A stretch of DNA of 64,000 bases, from positions 1,499,985-1,563,984 of the forward strand of contig MU057887.1 in NCBI GenBank assembly GCA_013265495.1, given 5' to 3'. Under the pieces are notes generated by a model. The model ran no database searches. It was not told where the DNA came from and saw only the letters and a program-made list of their open reading frames with translations. The position numbers were made by a program, and so were the translations under genes. How positions within the stretch are numbered: position 1 is the stretch's first letter; each line of letters opens with the position of its first letter. The stretch comes from Vicugna vicugna (taxonomy: Eukaryota). This document shows positions 37,194-48,810 of this stretch, piece after piece.

Positions 37194-38455
37194 GTGAGTG
37201 CTCCCCGCGGGGTGGGTGCCCTCCCCGCGGTTTCCCGGGGCCCAGCCTGGCTGTGTGGGCCAGCGCTCAGCATCCCCACCTGTGCGGTGGGTGTGCCAAT
37301 GCCACCCAGCCTCAGGGCTGGCCGGGAGTCTCCCTGCCTGCCCAGAGACAGCCCCACCGCAGCGTCCTCAGGAGAGGGCCCTGTGGGGCTTGCGGCTGGC
37401 TTTCCCCGGTGGGCTGGGGAGAGGGCTGTGGGGAGGCTTGTCTGCCTGTGTGGAAACCAGGGGTCCCTCCCATCAGGCACCAGGGGCTGGGGGTGGCTCC
37501 TGCCACTGGCCTAGGGACCAAGCTGGCCTCTGTGAAGCCACCAGTCGTGGGGAAGGTAGGAGGTGTCGGGCCAGCATCCCGGGGGTACTTCGGGGAAAAC
37601 AGGCCCTGCCGCCCAGCCTGAGTTGTCCTGCTCCCAGTGGCTGCTCCCAGCCCCGTGCAGGGAGACCCTGCCGTCCAGTGGGAGGAGGATGTAGGCTGCC
37701 CACTGGCCTGCTGGGCCCTGAGGCCAGAGAGGGACGGCCGCCACGTCGAAAGGCCCCATCTCTACAGAGACCGCTGCCCCCAGGTGGCCTCAGCCAGGGA
37801 GGGTTCTGAGGACCACCCTGAAGCCCCAGGGGCCCACCGTCCATGGGAGAGATAAGCATTGCTCACCCTCACAGAGGACAGGCCTTGCTCGCAGGGGCCA
37901 GCCCCCTTCACTGGGAGGTCACCTTCCACCACCCTTCACAAGCACTTTGCTGCTTCCGGTCCCCAGATCCTTACTTCCACCTGTGTTTCGTGGCTGGGGC
38001 AGCCCTACCCATTCAGACCCCCTGCCGGGCCTCCGCCTGAACCCACTGCTTCCATCCCCTGCCCGCACAGGCAGCCTGGAGGCCTGGTGCAGGGTAGGAT
38101 GTTGGGGTGCTGGCTCCATGATGCCTTGAGCTCCCGCAGGTGTGGCCCCACCGACCTTCTGGGGTCAGCTCTCCACCCTTGCTCACGGAGGCGGCCCGCC
38201 CTGCCCTGCCAGCAGCTGCCCCACCCCGCCTCCTCCCCAGCTGGGTTCCATCTCCACTGGCAGCTATTAGGGAGGAAGCAGCCCTTCTCTGGTTTCTCTG
38301 GGGTGCAGGGTTCTTGGGCCTCAGGAGAGCTTCTGGGCTTGGTCTCCCCGCCTCCTCCGAGCCTACACCCGGTGGGGAGGGAGGGGTCTGGCCCACCCTG
38401 AGCCACACTGTCAGGTCGCTGACGTCTCCCACCCGCTTCCTCTCCGAACCTGCAG

Positions 38456-38547
38456 GTGTACATGAATGCCGTGTGGCACGGCTGGGCCATCCCCATGTTC
38501 CTGTTTCTGGCGATTCTGAGGCTGTCCCTCAATTACCTCATAGCCAG
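38456..38547 (+). CDS. GRAMD4: GRAMD4 coding exon 8, hydrophobic segment (VYMNAVWHGWAIPMFLFLAILRLSLNYLIAR)
   Basis: TGCAG acceptor, CAG|GTGGGT donor, 92 nt. Confidence 0.95.
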
Positions 38548-39567
38548 GTGGGTGCTGTACGTGCTGGCTGTGCCGTCTCCCCACTTCACACACATGCGGC
38601 TCGGGCCATCGTCCTGGGTGGCTGTCCTCTTGCAGGCTCCTGAACCCCCAGCAGGATGGTCCACTGGGGCCGGCAGCTCTGACCTGCAGGTCCTGGCTGC
38701 AGGGTCATGCCAGCTCCCCCCACCATGTGCTGCTTTAGGGCAGGAAAGGTCCCCCCAGACCTCGGCAGTGACCTCCCAGTGTCGGGTTGCTGGAGCTGCG
38801 GTGGCTCTGAGCCCGGGAAGTACCACTGGTGAGGGTGCAGGTGGCAGCAGGGCGGGGGCTCCGAGGGGCTAGTCAGGGGTCCCCAAGCCCAGGGTCAGGC
38901 TCTGCCTTTCCTTTGTGCTCTCCGAGCACCCTCTTTCCACCTCGAGGCTGGGGGCTCTGTTGGAAGCCAGCAGGCTGGGGTGGGAACCCCTTGTCCCCAG
39001 GCCCCTGGGTCTGTGTGGACCTGAGGGCGCCCCACGGGGGGAAGCCTCAAGCTCCCACCAGAACTCAGAGGCGGCCCCACCTGCCTCTGCTCAGCCTCCG
39101 GAAGTCAGGCTCACACGCCCACTCTCCTCCGTGCTCCTCTCTGCCCGCTTAGGTTGGTTCACTTGGAAACGTTTTCTGTAGAAAAGAAAACCTTTAAAGG
39201 CTTGCGAAGGGTCCTCCGGGCCCCGACTAGACATGCTTCACCGAAGTCCTCACCGCTGCAGCTTTGCTGACTTACTCTGAGAGGCCCAACCCCTCTGGGT
39301 ACTTGAAGTCTGTCTCCCACCGAGGAGGGCCCCCGAGAGAGCGGCCGGTGGGGGTGACCGGGACCGTCTGCTCTCAAGGCCCAGGAGGGGCCCAGGCAGT
39401 CTCTGCAGGCGGCTGGGTGTTTCTGAAGCCCCTGTCCCCACGGCCGGCCAGCACTCCCCGGGGTGCCTCCCCTTGGGGAGCACAGGGTGGGTGATTTGAT
39501 ATTCTCTCTCTGACTCCATCACCTGCGGACTACGCTGTGTTGAAGGCCTGCTGTCTCTGTTTCCCAG

Positions 39568-39616
39568 GGGCTGGAGGATACAGTGGAGCATCGTGCCTGA
39601 AGTGTCTGAAGTGGTG
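39568..39616 (+). CDS. GRAMD4: GRAMD4 coding exon 9 (GWRIQWSIVPEVSEVV)
   Basis: TTCCCAG acceptor, GTG|GTGAGT donor, 49 nt. Confidence 0.93.
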
Positions 39617-40019
39617 GTGAGTCCCGGGAGGGGCGCCGTCTGCAGGCCTCAGGCCTTTGCCCGCCAGCCCTGTTCGGAAGGCCGCTGATTCCCAAGGCCT
39701 CCCGATGCAGCTGCGTGGACGCCCTCGGGGAGCCCTGCCTGGCGAGGAGAGGTCGGGGAGGAGGAGGCCAGCTGCCCCCAGCCTGGAGCCCCGTGCAGCT
39801 GCACCCTGACCCCTCGCCAGCTGACGCCCGAGTGCCCCTCACTGGCCTGGGCTTGGCCTGACCCGACCCTCCTCAGCTGGGATGTGACGTAAGGTGGGGG
39901 GGCAGCAAGGGGGCCACCTCAGCCCCTCACAGACTCCTGTGTGGGGAGGTGAACCAGGGGCTGGACCAGTGACGTGTGCAGCAGGGGTCAGCAGGCTACC
40001 TGTGGCCTGCTGCCTGATC

Positions 40020-40160
40020 TTGTAGATAACGTTTTATTGGCACACACTGTGCCCGTTCATTTACACCTGGCAGCCACGCTGAGTTGCTGAGACACTGTCA
40101 GGCCTGCAGAGGCGCGTGTGCTGGCTGCGGGCCCGTGACAGAGAAGTTGGCCCAGGGGCA
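40020..40160. mobile_element. MER58-like fragment
   Basis: TGTAGATAACGTTTTATTGGCACACAC...GGCCCGTGACAGAGAAGTTGGCCCAGGGG. Confidence 0.45.
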
Positions 40161-40699
40161 GAGCCGCTGGGTGTGGCCAGGAGCGAGGCCATGGTGCCTC
40201 TGTGACCCGTGTTAGGTGTTTGAGTACCTACTGTGCGCACGGAACGTGCAGCAGGGGTGGGGGATGTCGGTGGTGCTGCAGGGGCCCCTTCAGGCAGGCC
40301 CTGGGGAGGGCGTCTCGGGGGAAACAAGCCCGAGCCCCTTTGCACCTGGTCCCTGGTGTGAGCTCAGGCAAGCAGGGCGAGGTCAGGCCCCTTCCTGCTG
40401 CGGCTTCAGTTTCTCTGCTGCAACGTGAGACGTGGGGGGCTGCGGGGTCCCAGGTGCACCTCTGATCTGTCTAAACGTGAATCGGAGCCTCAGCGCTGCC
40501 TGCGGGGGGCACCCGAGGGGTGCTGCTGGAGCAGCTGCCTGTGCTGTCCGCTGGGCCTGCAGGGATGGCCGTCCCGCTGGCTGTGTCTGAGCAGCCGAGA
40601 CCCTGGTGCTGGGGCTGGGAGGCCTCCTTGCTGTTTTTGTCAGTAATTTCTCTGACCTGTTGAATTTCAGTGGAAATTCTCTTTCCCCTTTGACTGAAG

Positions 40700-40771
40700 G
40701 AGCCTCCAAAGGAAGACCTGACCGTGTCCGAGAAGTTCCAGCTCGTGCTGGACGTCGCCCAGAAAGCCCAG
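40700..40771 (+). CDS. GRAMD4: GRAMD4 coding exon 10 (EPPKEDLTVSEKFQLVLDVAQKAQ)
   Basis: Pyrimidine tract plus CTGAAG acceptor, CAG|GTACTG donor, 72 nt. Confidence 0.95.
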
Positions 40772-41213
40772 GTACTGCTGCGGGCTCTGGCCGGGCGCCT
40801 CCGGGTGAGCCTGTCCGGTGGGGGGACCCAGCACCCCGGAACTCCAGGCCCGGCTCGTCCACTGTCAGCTCAGCAGTCACCCTGTCCACTGGTCCCTCGC
40901 TGGCACCCGAGACAACCTGGTTGGTGGAGAGGGTCCCCCTGGCTTCGCGTGACGGCCAGCACCCCAGTTGGTGGAGCCCCTCCCGACCAGAGTCAGACAG
41001 GCTCCCAAGAGAGTGTGGGCCCGGGGCCCCCGTGGTGATCAGCCTGTTAATCTGAGATTCAGACCAGACCGGTCATCAGCCCTCAGGCTGAAGCAGCTGG
41101 GTGGGGCCACAGGGCTCTGGGCACCGGCTGTGGTCTCCCGGGTGCTGTGCATCCCCCCAGCATTGCCGTGTGGCCCTGGGGGTCTGTCGTGACCACAGCT
41201 GCTTCTCCCACAG

Positions 41214-41257
41214 AACCTCTTTGGCAAGATGGCCGACATCCTGGAGAAGATCAAGAA
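41214..41257 (+). CDS. GRAMD4: GRAMD4 coding exon 11 (NLFGKMADILEKIK)
   Basis: CCCACAG acceptor, GAA|GTAAGT donor, 44 nt; followed by a 75-nt intron. Confidence 0.95.
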
Positions 41258-41332
41258 GTAAGTGGTCACTCCGGCCCTCCCGCCACGTCTGGGGTGCGGC
41301 CCCGCCCGGCTGACCGGCCCTCTCCCTTGCAG

Positions 41333-41442
41333 CCTGTTCATGTGGGTCCAGCCCGAGATCACGCAGAAGCTGTACGTCGCGCTGTGGGCCGCCTTCCTCG
41401 CCTCCTGCTTCTTCCCCTACCGCCTGGTGGGGCTGGCCGTGG
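41333..41442 (+). CDS. GRAMD4: GRAMD4 coding exon 12, hydrophobic segment (NLFMWVQPEITQKLYVALWAAFLASCFFPYRLVGLAV)
   Basis: TTGCAG acceptor, TGG|GTAAGG donor, 110 nt. Confidence 0.95.
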
Positions 41443-42075
41443 GTAAGGAGATGCCCGCCTGGCCAGAGCTGCCGCCCCATGGTGCGGCCCAGGGCCCAGG
41501 CGCCTGCCGCTCCCGCACGCCTGCCCCAGGCCTTGGCCCCCAGGAAGGAGGCATTCCTCCCTCCGTGCCTCTTCCAGGGGCTTTTTATCAAAATGTCTAA
41601 ATTTGGGAGAAACAAAGGCCACGGCGTGTGGAGGCGCTGCTACGGTTTCTTAGGTCAAACTTGTTTCCTGCCGGCTGAGGGGGAGGGGCTGGTGGACCCG
41701 AGGCCCTGGGTGGGTGCCACGGTCACCTCTGAGCACTCGGGGGCTCGTGGGCTCTCAGAGGACGGGCGTCAGAGACGTGAGGGGTCAGGCGTGAAGGCAG
41801 GAGAGACCTGGGGTGGGAGATGGCATTGGGGGGGGCCTGCAGCATGAGGAGCCTCAAAGTGTGTGCCAGGTGTGGGGGGCTGGAGGGGTCAGGGACAGTC
41901 GCGGGCCAGGAGGGTTTAGGAAGCGGAGCCGGCAGGGTTTGTGGTGGATGGGGCGGGGGAGGATCCGGGGCGGGGTGGCCCTGAGCTGCTGGGCAGGTGG
42001 TACGGCTGCTGCTCAGCGTCACCAGGGAGGTGGGAGGAGCACTCGGGGGAACGGCGCCTCGTTCTGCCCCTCCAG

Positions 42076-42230
42076 GACTCTACGCTGGAGTCAAGTTTTT
42101 CCTCATCGATTTCATCTTCAAGCGCTGCCCAAGGCTGCGGGCCAAGTACGACACCCCCTACATTATCTGGAAGAGCCTCCCCACCGACCCCCAGCTCAAG
42201 GAGCGCTCCAGCGCCGCCGTGTCGCGCAGG
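42076..42230 (+). CDS. GRAMD4: GRAMD4 coding exon 13 (GLYAGVKFFLIDFIFKRCPRLRAKYDTPYIIWKSLPTDPQLKERSSAAVSRR)
   Basis: CTCCAG acceptor, AGG|GTAGGC donor, 155 nt. Confidence 0.96.
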
Positions 42231-43693
42231 GTAGGCCCCGCCCCGCCCCCTCGCACCCGGCCCGCAAGGGTGCCGGGGTCTCCCGATTCTGTGGGACCCT
42301 TGAGACGGATGACTGTGGGGCTCTGCTGCTCCCAAGATCCCTGACGGACGTCCGGGGGCCCAGCCACCTGAAGGCCCCTCAGGGACCCGCCCACAGACTG
42401 GCTGGGGAGTAGCTCCTGCTGAGCCAGGCTGACCCCAGGCCAAAGGCAGGAGGGGGAGGGGCATTGGCCTTGACTGTCAAGGACCTGGGGGCCTTGGGAC
42501 CAGGGAGCCCTGGGAGTGGCCACTCTGTGGGTGGGTGCTGGGTCCCTGCTGTCCCCGGCTCTGAGGCTCTGGCAACAAGGCCAAGGTGGGCATGTTTTAT
42601 GCTCACAGGCTGGGACTGGGGCCCTGTTTCATTCATAGTGGAAGGCCAGGTGGGCGTTGGCACTGTGTCCAGAGCCGGGACGTGGTGGGCAGGCTGGCCT
42701 TGGTCCTCTTCTTGGGGTCTCAGACGAGTGGGGAGGTTCTGGGCTCAGTAGGACTCCCAGGGAGGTGTAGGAAGGCTTCTTGGAGAAAGTGGCATTGGCT
42801 TTCAGTCTGGTGTGTAAGTGATCCCTAAGGATAGAGTGTCCAGTGACCCGTCGATGTTTCTATCAGTGGAAGGGAAGCTCTGGGTCAAGTGTAGTTTCTT
42901 GGACAACAAAGCTTGTTGAGGACCCGAACTCATAAGTCAGGTGTGCAGGTGGGCAGGCCGGAGCAGCCCGCACCTTGGTGAGCCGGCGGATGGCTCTGGT
43001 CATACAGGCGGAGGTGGACCCGAGGGGTGAGGCACAGGAGCAGCCAGTCTGGCTCTCCCTAACAGTCACAGACTGGAGGGGGCTGGGCAGTGGGCTTCCT
43101 GGGGCGAGGGCGCCCCGCCAGGGTGTCGCAGGGCCGTGTCAGCACGCACAGCTCACCGAGCTGTTTATGACCTCATGTCACGTGGACCCCGCCTTTTCTT
43201 TTGTCTCGGTCACACATGTCTGTTGACCTTTCCGGCCAGCTGTCAGCGCATGACAAGGTGCGGTGTCCGTGTGGGACCCCCTCTTCCTGCTGTGCCCTGA
43301 TGCTGTGCGGTGCTGTGCCTTGACCCTGTTTGACTTACTAATGCTGCTTTTGGTGGCCTGTGCCATGGCCGGTTCTGGTTTCTGAAATTTTGGCATGAGC
43401 TGCTGGACCACATGTGCTGGGCTGGGCTCAGCACAGCGTCTGGGGGCAGTGACTTCGCCGGGGGAGAGGGGCAGCCCCCTCCCCAGCAGCTGGGCTTCTC
43501 TGCCCAGAAGGAGGGCTTGTGGGATGAGGACCAGGCACCAACGGGCCTCTTGGGGGGTGCACACCCCACACCTGGGTGCCCCTGCCTCTCGCCTCGTCCA
43601 CGCTTGCAGCTGGCCCCGGGGAGGCCGCGCGCACCCCGGCCCCACTGCCCGCCACCGGGCCGCGGGGCTGACGGGCCTGTGCGCTCTCGGCAG

Positions 43694-43838
43694 CCACAGA
43701 CCGCTGCCTCGCGGACCTACGCCTCCAGCGCGCCCGCCGGCCTGAGCAGGGACGAGGACCCCGGCCGCGTCCACGGCACCAGGAAGGGCAACTTCCATGA
43801 GATCTTCAACCTGACGGAGAGCGAGCGCCCGCTGGCAG
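43694..43838 (+). CDS. GRAMD4: GRAMD4 coding exon 14 (PQTAASRTYASSAPAGLSRDEDPGRVHGTRKGNFHEIFNLTESERPLA)
   Basis: GGCAG acceptor, CAG|GTGCGT donor, 145 nt. Confidence 0.93.
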
Positions 43839-44596
43839 GTGCGTGCGGGACACGTCCGCGTCCAGGCCAGGTGGGGCTGCCCTGCCCCAGGGCCAGGGGC
43901 CTGGCGGCGGGGACCCAGGAGAGCCGCCTGCCGTCTTCTTCCTGAACTTGCTGGGTGGGCGGGTTGGAGGGGCAGGCAGGCCTGCGGTGAGCGGTTTGAC
44001 AGCAGAAAGGCAGGCAGCCTGCCCCCGAGCAGAGCCCACCAAGCGGGCATCCCAGCCTCAGGGTCACGCGTGCCGGTGCCGCCCAGTCCTGCCCTGGATA
44101 AGCTGGTGCACACTGGGGCTACCTGGAGAGCCAGGTGGTGACAGGCAGGTTGGAGCCCAGGGCCCCGGCCATCCTGTCCTCCCTGAAGTGCCCACCTTGC
44201 TGGGCTCTCGCTGAAGGGGCCTTCAGTGTTTTGGCACCTGCCGTGTGTGATACCAGCTACAGAAAGCAAACTTGGGAGAATTCCAGTCTTGATCTCCTGA
44301 ACCCTCATTCTGCGGACCTGGACCACGAACCATGTGCTCTGAGAGCCAGGGCTGCAGTTTGATTTAAATCAAGCTGTTCTTTAAAAACCACACAAAGTCC
44401 TGTGCATTCCCGGGGGAGGGGCAGCGCCTGCTGCCCAGGTGCTCTCAGTCGCCGCTTTGTCTGTGATCCCCCTTTCCTCCCACCCTGGGTGGAGGATGAA
44501 CGTCAGTCCTTGAAAAGCCAGCACTGATGGTTCCAAGGTCAAACCAGAGAGAGGCTCTTCCCAGCGGGGAAGTCACGGCCATGTTGTCCCCTTCAG

Positions 44597-44690
44597 TGTG
44601 TGAGAACGGCTGGCGCTGCTGCTTGATCAACAGGGACCGGAAGATGCCGACCGACTACATCAGAAACGGGGTCCTGTATGTGACGGAGAA
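44597..44690 (+). CDS. GRAMD4: GRAMD4 coding exon 15, GRAM domain (VCENGWRCCLINRDRKMPTDYIRNGVLYVTE)
   Basis: CTTCAG acceptor, GAA|GTGAGT donor, 94 nt; contains the GRAM-type GVLYVTENYLCF motif. Confidence 0.96.
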
Positions 44691-45371
44691 GTGAGTGAGG
44701 CAGGCGCGTCCCCGGGGTGGGCTGCGGGTGCTGTGACCCCCTCGGTTAGAGGTCCAGGGCGGCCCGGGGCTGGGGCCCCCCAGTCCTGTGACCGGCCTGA
44801 GCCGGCAGTGCCGTCCCTTCCCCAGGCCCCGGGATGGCCCTGGTCTGGGCTGCTCAAGCCGCGTGGCTGGAGCTGTGCGGTCCCGCCCACAGGGGTCCCA
44901 GCCCTAGGGCCGCAGGCAGGATCTTAGTTAGTGTCCTTTTGGGGCGTGGCAGCCAGGCGTGGGAGGTGGGGGAGCAGGTCCAGGGTGGGCTCTGTTCTCA
45001 GCATTGGGGGCCCTCGGCCACCTCATCCCCCACCCTCAGCCAAGGAGCCACCCCTCCCCCTCTACCCCTTCTTGGGGGGAACTGGCCGAGTAGACCCCTG
45101 GCTGGGCCTACGGGACACTCGCTTCTCTGGTCAGGGTCTCAGTGATGTGCCTGTCGTAGGAACGTGAGTCAGGGTCAGCACAGAGCAGGGGGTTTTAAAC
45201 TTGAAAAGCCCTGAGACCTTTGTAAAAGTAAAATCTTTCGCGAGAGGCCAGCACACTGTGGCAGGCTTGGGGGGCCTCTGTCTGGGGCTGGGGTGGCAGC
45301 AGCCGGCAGGGTCCCCTCTGGTTCACATGCTGGGTTGGGCTCTGTCCTCCCTCCTCCCCTGCCCCGGGTAG

Positions 45372-45456
45372 TTACTTGTGCTTTGAAAGCTCCAAGTCCG
45401 GCTCCTCCAAGAGAAACAAAGTCATCAAGCTGGTGGACATCACAGACATCCAGAAG
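45372..45456 (+). CDS. GRAMD4: GRAMD4 coding exon 16, GRAM domain (NYLCFESSKSGSSKRNKVIKLVDITDIQK)
   Basis: GGGTAG acceptor after a pyrimidine tract, AAG|GTGGGT donor, 85 nt. Confidence 0.95.
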
Positions 45457-46370
45457 GTGGGTGCAGCCCCTGCCCTGCCCTGCCCTGCCCTCCCCAGGCT
45501 CAGGAACACGTGGTTGAGTTGGAGGTCAGGTGCGTTGAGAACGGGGGTGCCCTCTGGAGACTCCGGCGGCATCGCCCCTGCCCGCATCAGGGCTCCCCTT
45601 CCAGAAGGTGTTTGTGCAGAACCCCGCGTCGCTGCCAGGCAGTGTCCCTGCACCGTGGGCTTCCTCTCCTTTGCTGCCCCTCCCCGGGGACCAGCACCGG
45701 CATCCTCGCAGACAGGAAGGGAGGCGTGGCGAGGTGGGCCCAGGCCCTGAGCCCACTCCAACCGCTGTGCTGTCTGCCCCCGTCCCTGACCCTGTGCCTC
45801 AGGGCAGGCTGCCCCTGCTCCACTGTCTTCTAGCACTGTCTGTCCTGTCTGGGGCAGGCACAGGTGTGTGCAGTGCCCGGAAGAGGGGCCGACACACAGA
45901 CTTGGCAGGGGAGCCAGGCCCACCTGTGCCCCTCTGAGCACCATGGAGGGGCCCTGTGGTCAGCTTGGTGGCAGCTGCTTCCCTCTAGTGGTGTGTCAGG
46001 GGCACCCACGCCATGGCTACGGCAGATCCCTCCCACTCTCCGTCCATTCCTCCATTCCTCCATCCCTCCATCCCAGAGAGAAGGTGTGTGGATGGTGGGA
46101 TCTGAGGAGCAAGACCATGCAGGGGGGCCTGTTGCTCACACACAGTGCTCCTCCGGGGCACCCCAGCCCTGCCGTTAGTGATGGTGGGATGGGGTGCTTG
46201 GAGGCTTGGTTTCTGAGTCACAGTCAGTCCTTGTCCTCTTGCGGCTGGGAAGGCCCAGGCCCGCATGGGCCTTGCCATCTGGGGCTCCATGGAGAATACC
46301 CTGGGGTGTGTGGGGGGGTGGCTGGGCCACGTCCCTGTCCCCAGGTGATGCCTGTGCTGTTGGCTTTCAG

Positions 46371-46439
46371 TACAAGGTCCTCTCTGTCCTCCCGGGGTCG
46401 GGCATGGGGATTGCCGTGTCAACGCCATCAACCCAGAAA
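46371..46439 (+). CDS. GRAMD4: GRAMD4 coding exon 17 (YKVLSVLPGSGMGIAVSTPSTQK)
   Basis: TTTCAG acceptor, AAA|GTAAGT donor, 69 nt. Confidence 0.96.
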
Positions 46440-46704
46440 GTAAGTTCTGGGCGGGGCGGGGCGGGGCAAGGAGGGGGGTGGATGAGCACGGGGACATTCT
46501 TGGGGCGAGGTCAGAGCCCCAGGCTGGCCAGGTTTGCAGCTGGATGGAGCAGCCTGGGAAGCCCCTCCCCCCTGGGCAGCAGGGACCCTGAGGCTGAGCC
46601 CAGCGCAGGTGCCCAGGGAGGGAGGGGTGGCGCTGGAAGCCGGGCTTCGGGGCTGCGTGGACCTGGCCGAGGGCGGGCTCACCGACAGTGCGCCCTCCCG
46701 CCAG

Positions 46705-46809
46705 CCGCTGGTGTTCGGGGCCATGGTGCACAGAGACGAGGCCTTCGAGACCATCTTCAGCCAGTACATGAAGATTACGGCGGCGGCGGCGGCCGGCAGT
46801 GACAGCTAG
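46705..46809 (+). CDS. GRAMD4: GRAMD4 coding exon 18, last (PLVFGAMVHRDEAFETIFSQYMKITAAAAAGSDS*)
   Basis: CGCCAG acceptor; TAG at 46807-46809. The summed CDS is 1737 nt = 578 aa, the same length as I recall for human GRAMD4. Confidence 0.96.
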   Translation, partial: PLVFGAMVHRDEAFETIFSQYMKITAAAAAGSDS

Positions 46810-48810
46810 TGTCGGCTCCCGGACGTGGCTGGAAGCTTTTCTTTTTTCAGCAGTTTGGTAGTGGAGAAAAATTGGACATCCTCGTGATTTTTTGCAATAA
46901 TCCCCCGATCTGTGGTTTCTCGTGTGTTGACCCTGCGTTTCACAGACCCCTCGCACAGGGGTGGGGCTCTTGAGGGAGGCCCGTCTCATGGACGTCTGTG
47001 GACACAGAGGGCAGGGGGGCCTCGGAGGCCACCTGGAAGGACGACGCACGGGACAGAGCGCGCCCGCCAAGCACAGCTGCTCCTCTGTTCCCGCCCGGGC
47101 GGAGCTGGCCGCACAGCCAGGCCTCGGGGCCAGCAGCTCTTCCGCACCAAAGCCATACCGAGGAGCACGTGTGGCCCCTCCCTGGGTGAAGGACGTTGGC
47201 GACGAGGGGTGCAGAGGGCCCTTAGCAGCCACCGTGAGCAGCCAGCCCTTGGGGGAGATCCCGTGTGTGTCCCAGCCAGGAGGCCTGTCCTGGGCACCCG
47301 ACCAGGACACGGTGGTGTGTGGGGCAGCGCACCCGTTCAACACGCCGCACTTCGCAGGGGCCCAGGAGGGCAGCCGCTTCGGGGGCACTGGGCTTTGGGG
47401 CTCGCGCTGGCCTCCAGGCCGGGTCGGGGAGGGAGGGGCTCAGGGTGGGAGCGGACAGCCTGCCCCTGCGGGCTGCACAGGGGTCCTTAGGAGCCACCGG
47501 CTTTGGGGCACAGCCGTGAGCAGGGACCAGGGCTTTGGAGCCGCAGCCCCGGGGCCCCCACACACAAGTGAAGCCCCAGCCCTCATGGAGGCCGGAGCAG
47601 GTGTCTCCCAGGCCCGGTTCTTCCCGGTCAGCCCTTTAAGGTGACGGGGCGTGGGGACAGCACAATGGCCTCAGAGAGGGACACGGGAGGAGCCCGCTGG
47701 GCCAGCGAAGCCACCTTCCCGCTCAGCACATGTTCAGTGCAGGCCCCTCTGGTTCCTTGGCTTGTCCTGAGTCCTCTGGGTGTCGCTGAGGTGGATTTTT
47801 GAAGAAACAGATTATATTTTTTACAGAGAGCAAGCTGTTTTTCTTATTTTTGTATCATTTTTCAGATGTAATTTTTACCTTTGCTCTGATCCTCATTTGC
47901 TGGTGGCATCGCTCTTGTCACCCCGTCACAGGGGGGGACCTGCCCACCAGCCAGACGAAGCACATGCCCCGGCCCCTGGGTGAGGTCCTGGAGCCCCAGG
48001 GCCCGCCCGGCTCTCAGTCACACGGCCATCGGCATTCGGGTGATTCTGCAGGTTGATCTTTAGTAGACGAAGGCAGAGCCCACCCTGACCCTGGCTTTGG
48101 CCCCATGGTCAGCGCCTGTGGACCGGTTTTCCTGGGCCCCGTGAGGCCCTGGGGACACACCCAGCCTGTGCCTGAGGCAAAGCAGAGGGGCTGAACTGGC
48201 CCAGGAACGGCTGCAGTGGGCAGGGAGTCCAGGATGCTGTTTAAATCCTCTCCCTTGGGGCTGCCGTGGGGCCAGCGCGTGTCCCTGTAAGGCCCCTGTC
48301 CCCAGGCGGGGCGGGTGGGCCCTGCAGCGCGGCCTGCCCTCTTCAGAGCGGCGTGGTTGGCGGGAGTCCCTTCTGAAGATGGAGGGAGATGAAGGCTGAC
48401 CACGCGCTGGGGGTGCTGCCCCCAGCTGTGCGGGGCCGCAGGCAGGCCCTTCCCGGGAGCCCAGGACCTTTGTCAGGAAGAGGGCACACCTGTGCAGGCT
48501 CGGGGCTCCCCGTCAGAGGGGACCTGCAGCTTTTATTGAATTGTGTGAATCTGGGCAGATACTTAATTTCTGCAACTAATCACTGAACTAGAATGAATGT
48601 TAAATTTTTTATGTCTGAAGCTTTAGTCTATTTTGGATCTGTACATAATCGTTACCTGTGTAACTTTTGTTCAACAAAGGATTGTACTATATGAACTGAT
48701 GAAAAAAAACACGCTGTAACTTTTTTTTTTTAAAGAAAACCTTGTTTAAAGAAAAAGTCTTGTATAAATTATAATTTTTATTTAAATAAACCTGAAATGC
48801 TTTGTGCTCA
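46810..48810 (+). other. GRAMD4: GRAMD4 3' UTR (about 2 kb; 3' end approximate)
   Basis: Runs from the stop codon to the first clear AATAAA; the distal part (about 48530-48800) is AU-rich. Confidence 0.75.
48785..48790 (+). terminator. GRAMD4: GRAMD4 polyadenylation signal AATAAA
   Basis: Canonical hexamer with upstream TGTA motifs and U-rich sequence, and a downstream TTTGTG. Confidence 0.8.

Noticed and set aside
43178-44326. 382-aa minus-strand ORF
   Set aside because: Shadow of GRAMD4 exon 14 plus GC-rich introns; low-complexity composition and no homology recognised.
45985-47388. 467-aa minus-strand ORF, the longest in the track
   Set aside because: Antisense to GRAMD4 exons 17-18 and the UTR, Pro/Gly/Ala/Arg-rich, with no recognisable domain. 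Roughly one ORF this long is expected by chance in GC-rich, TA-depleted DNA (rough estimate).
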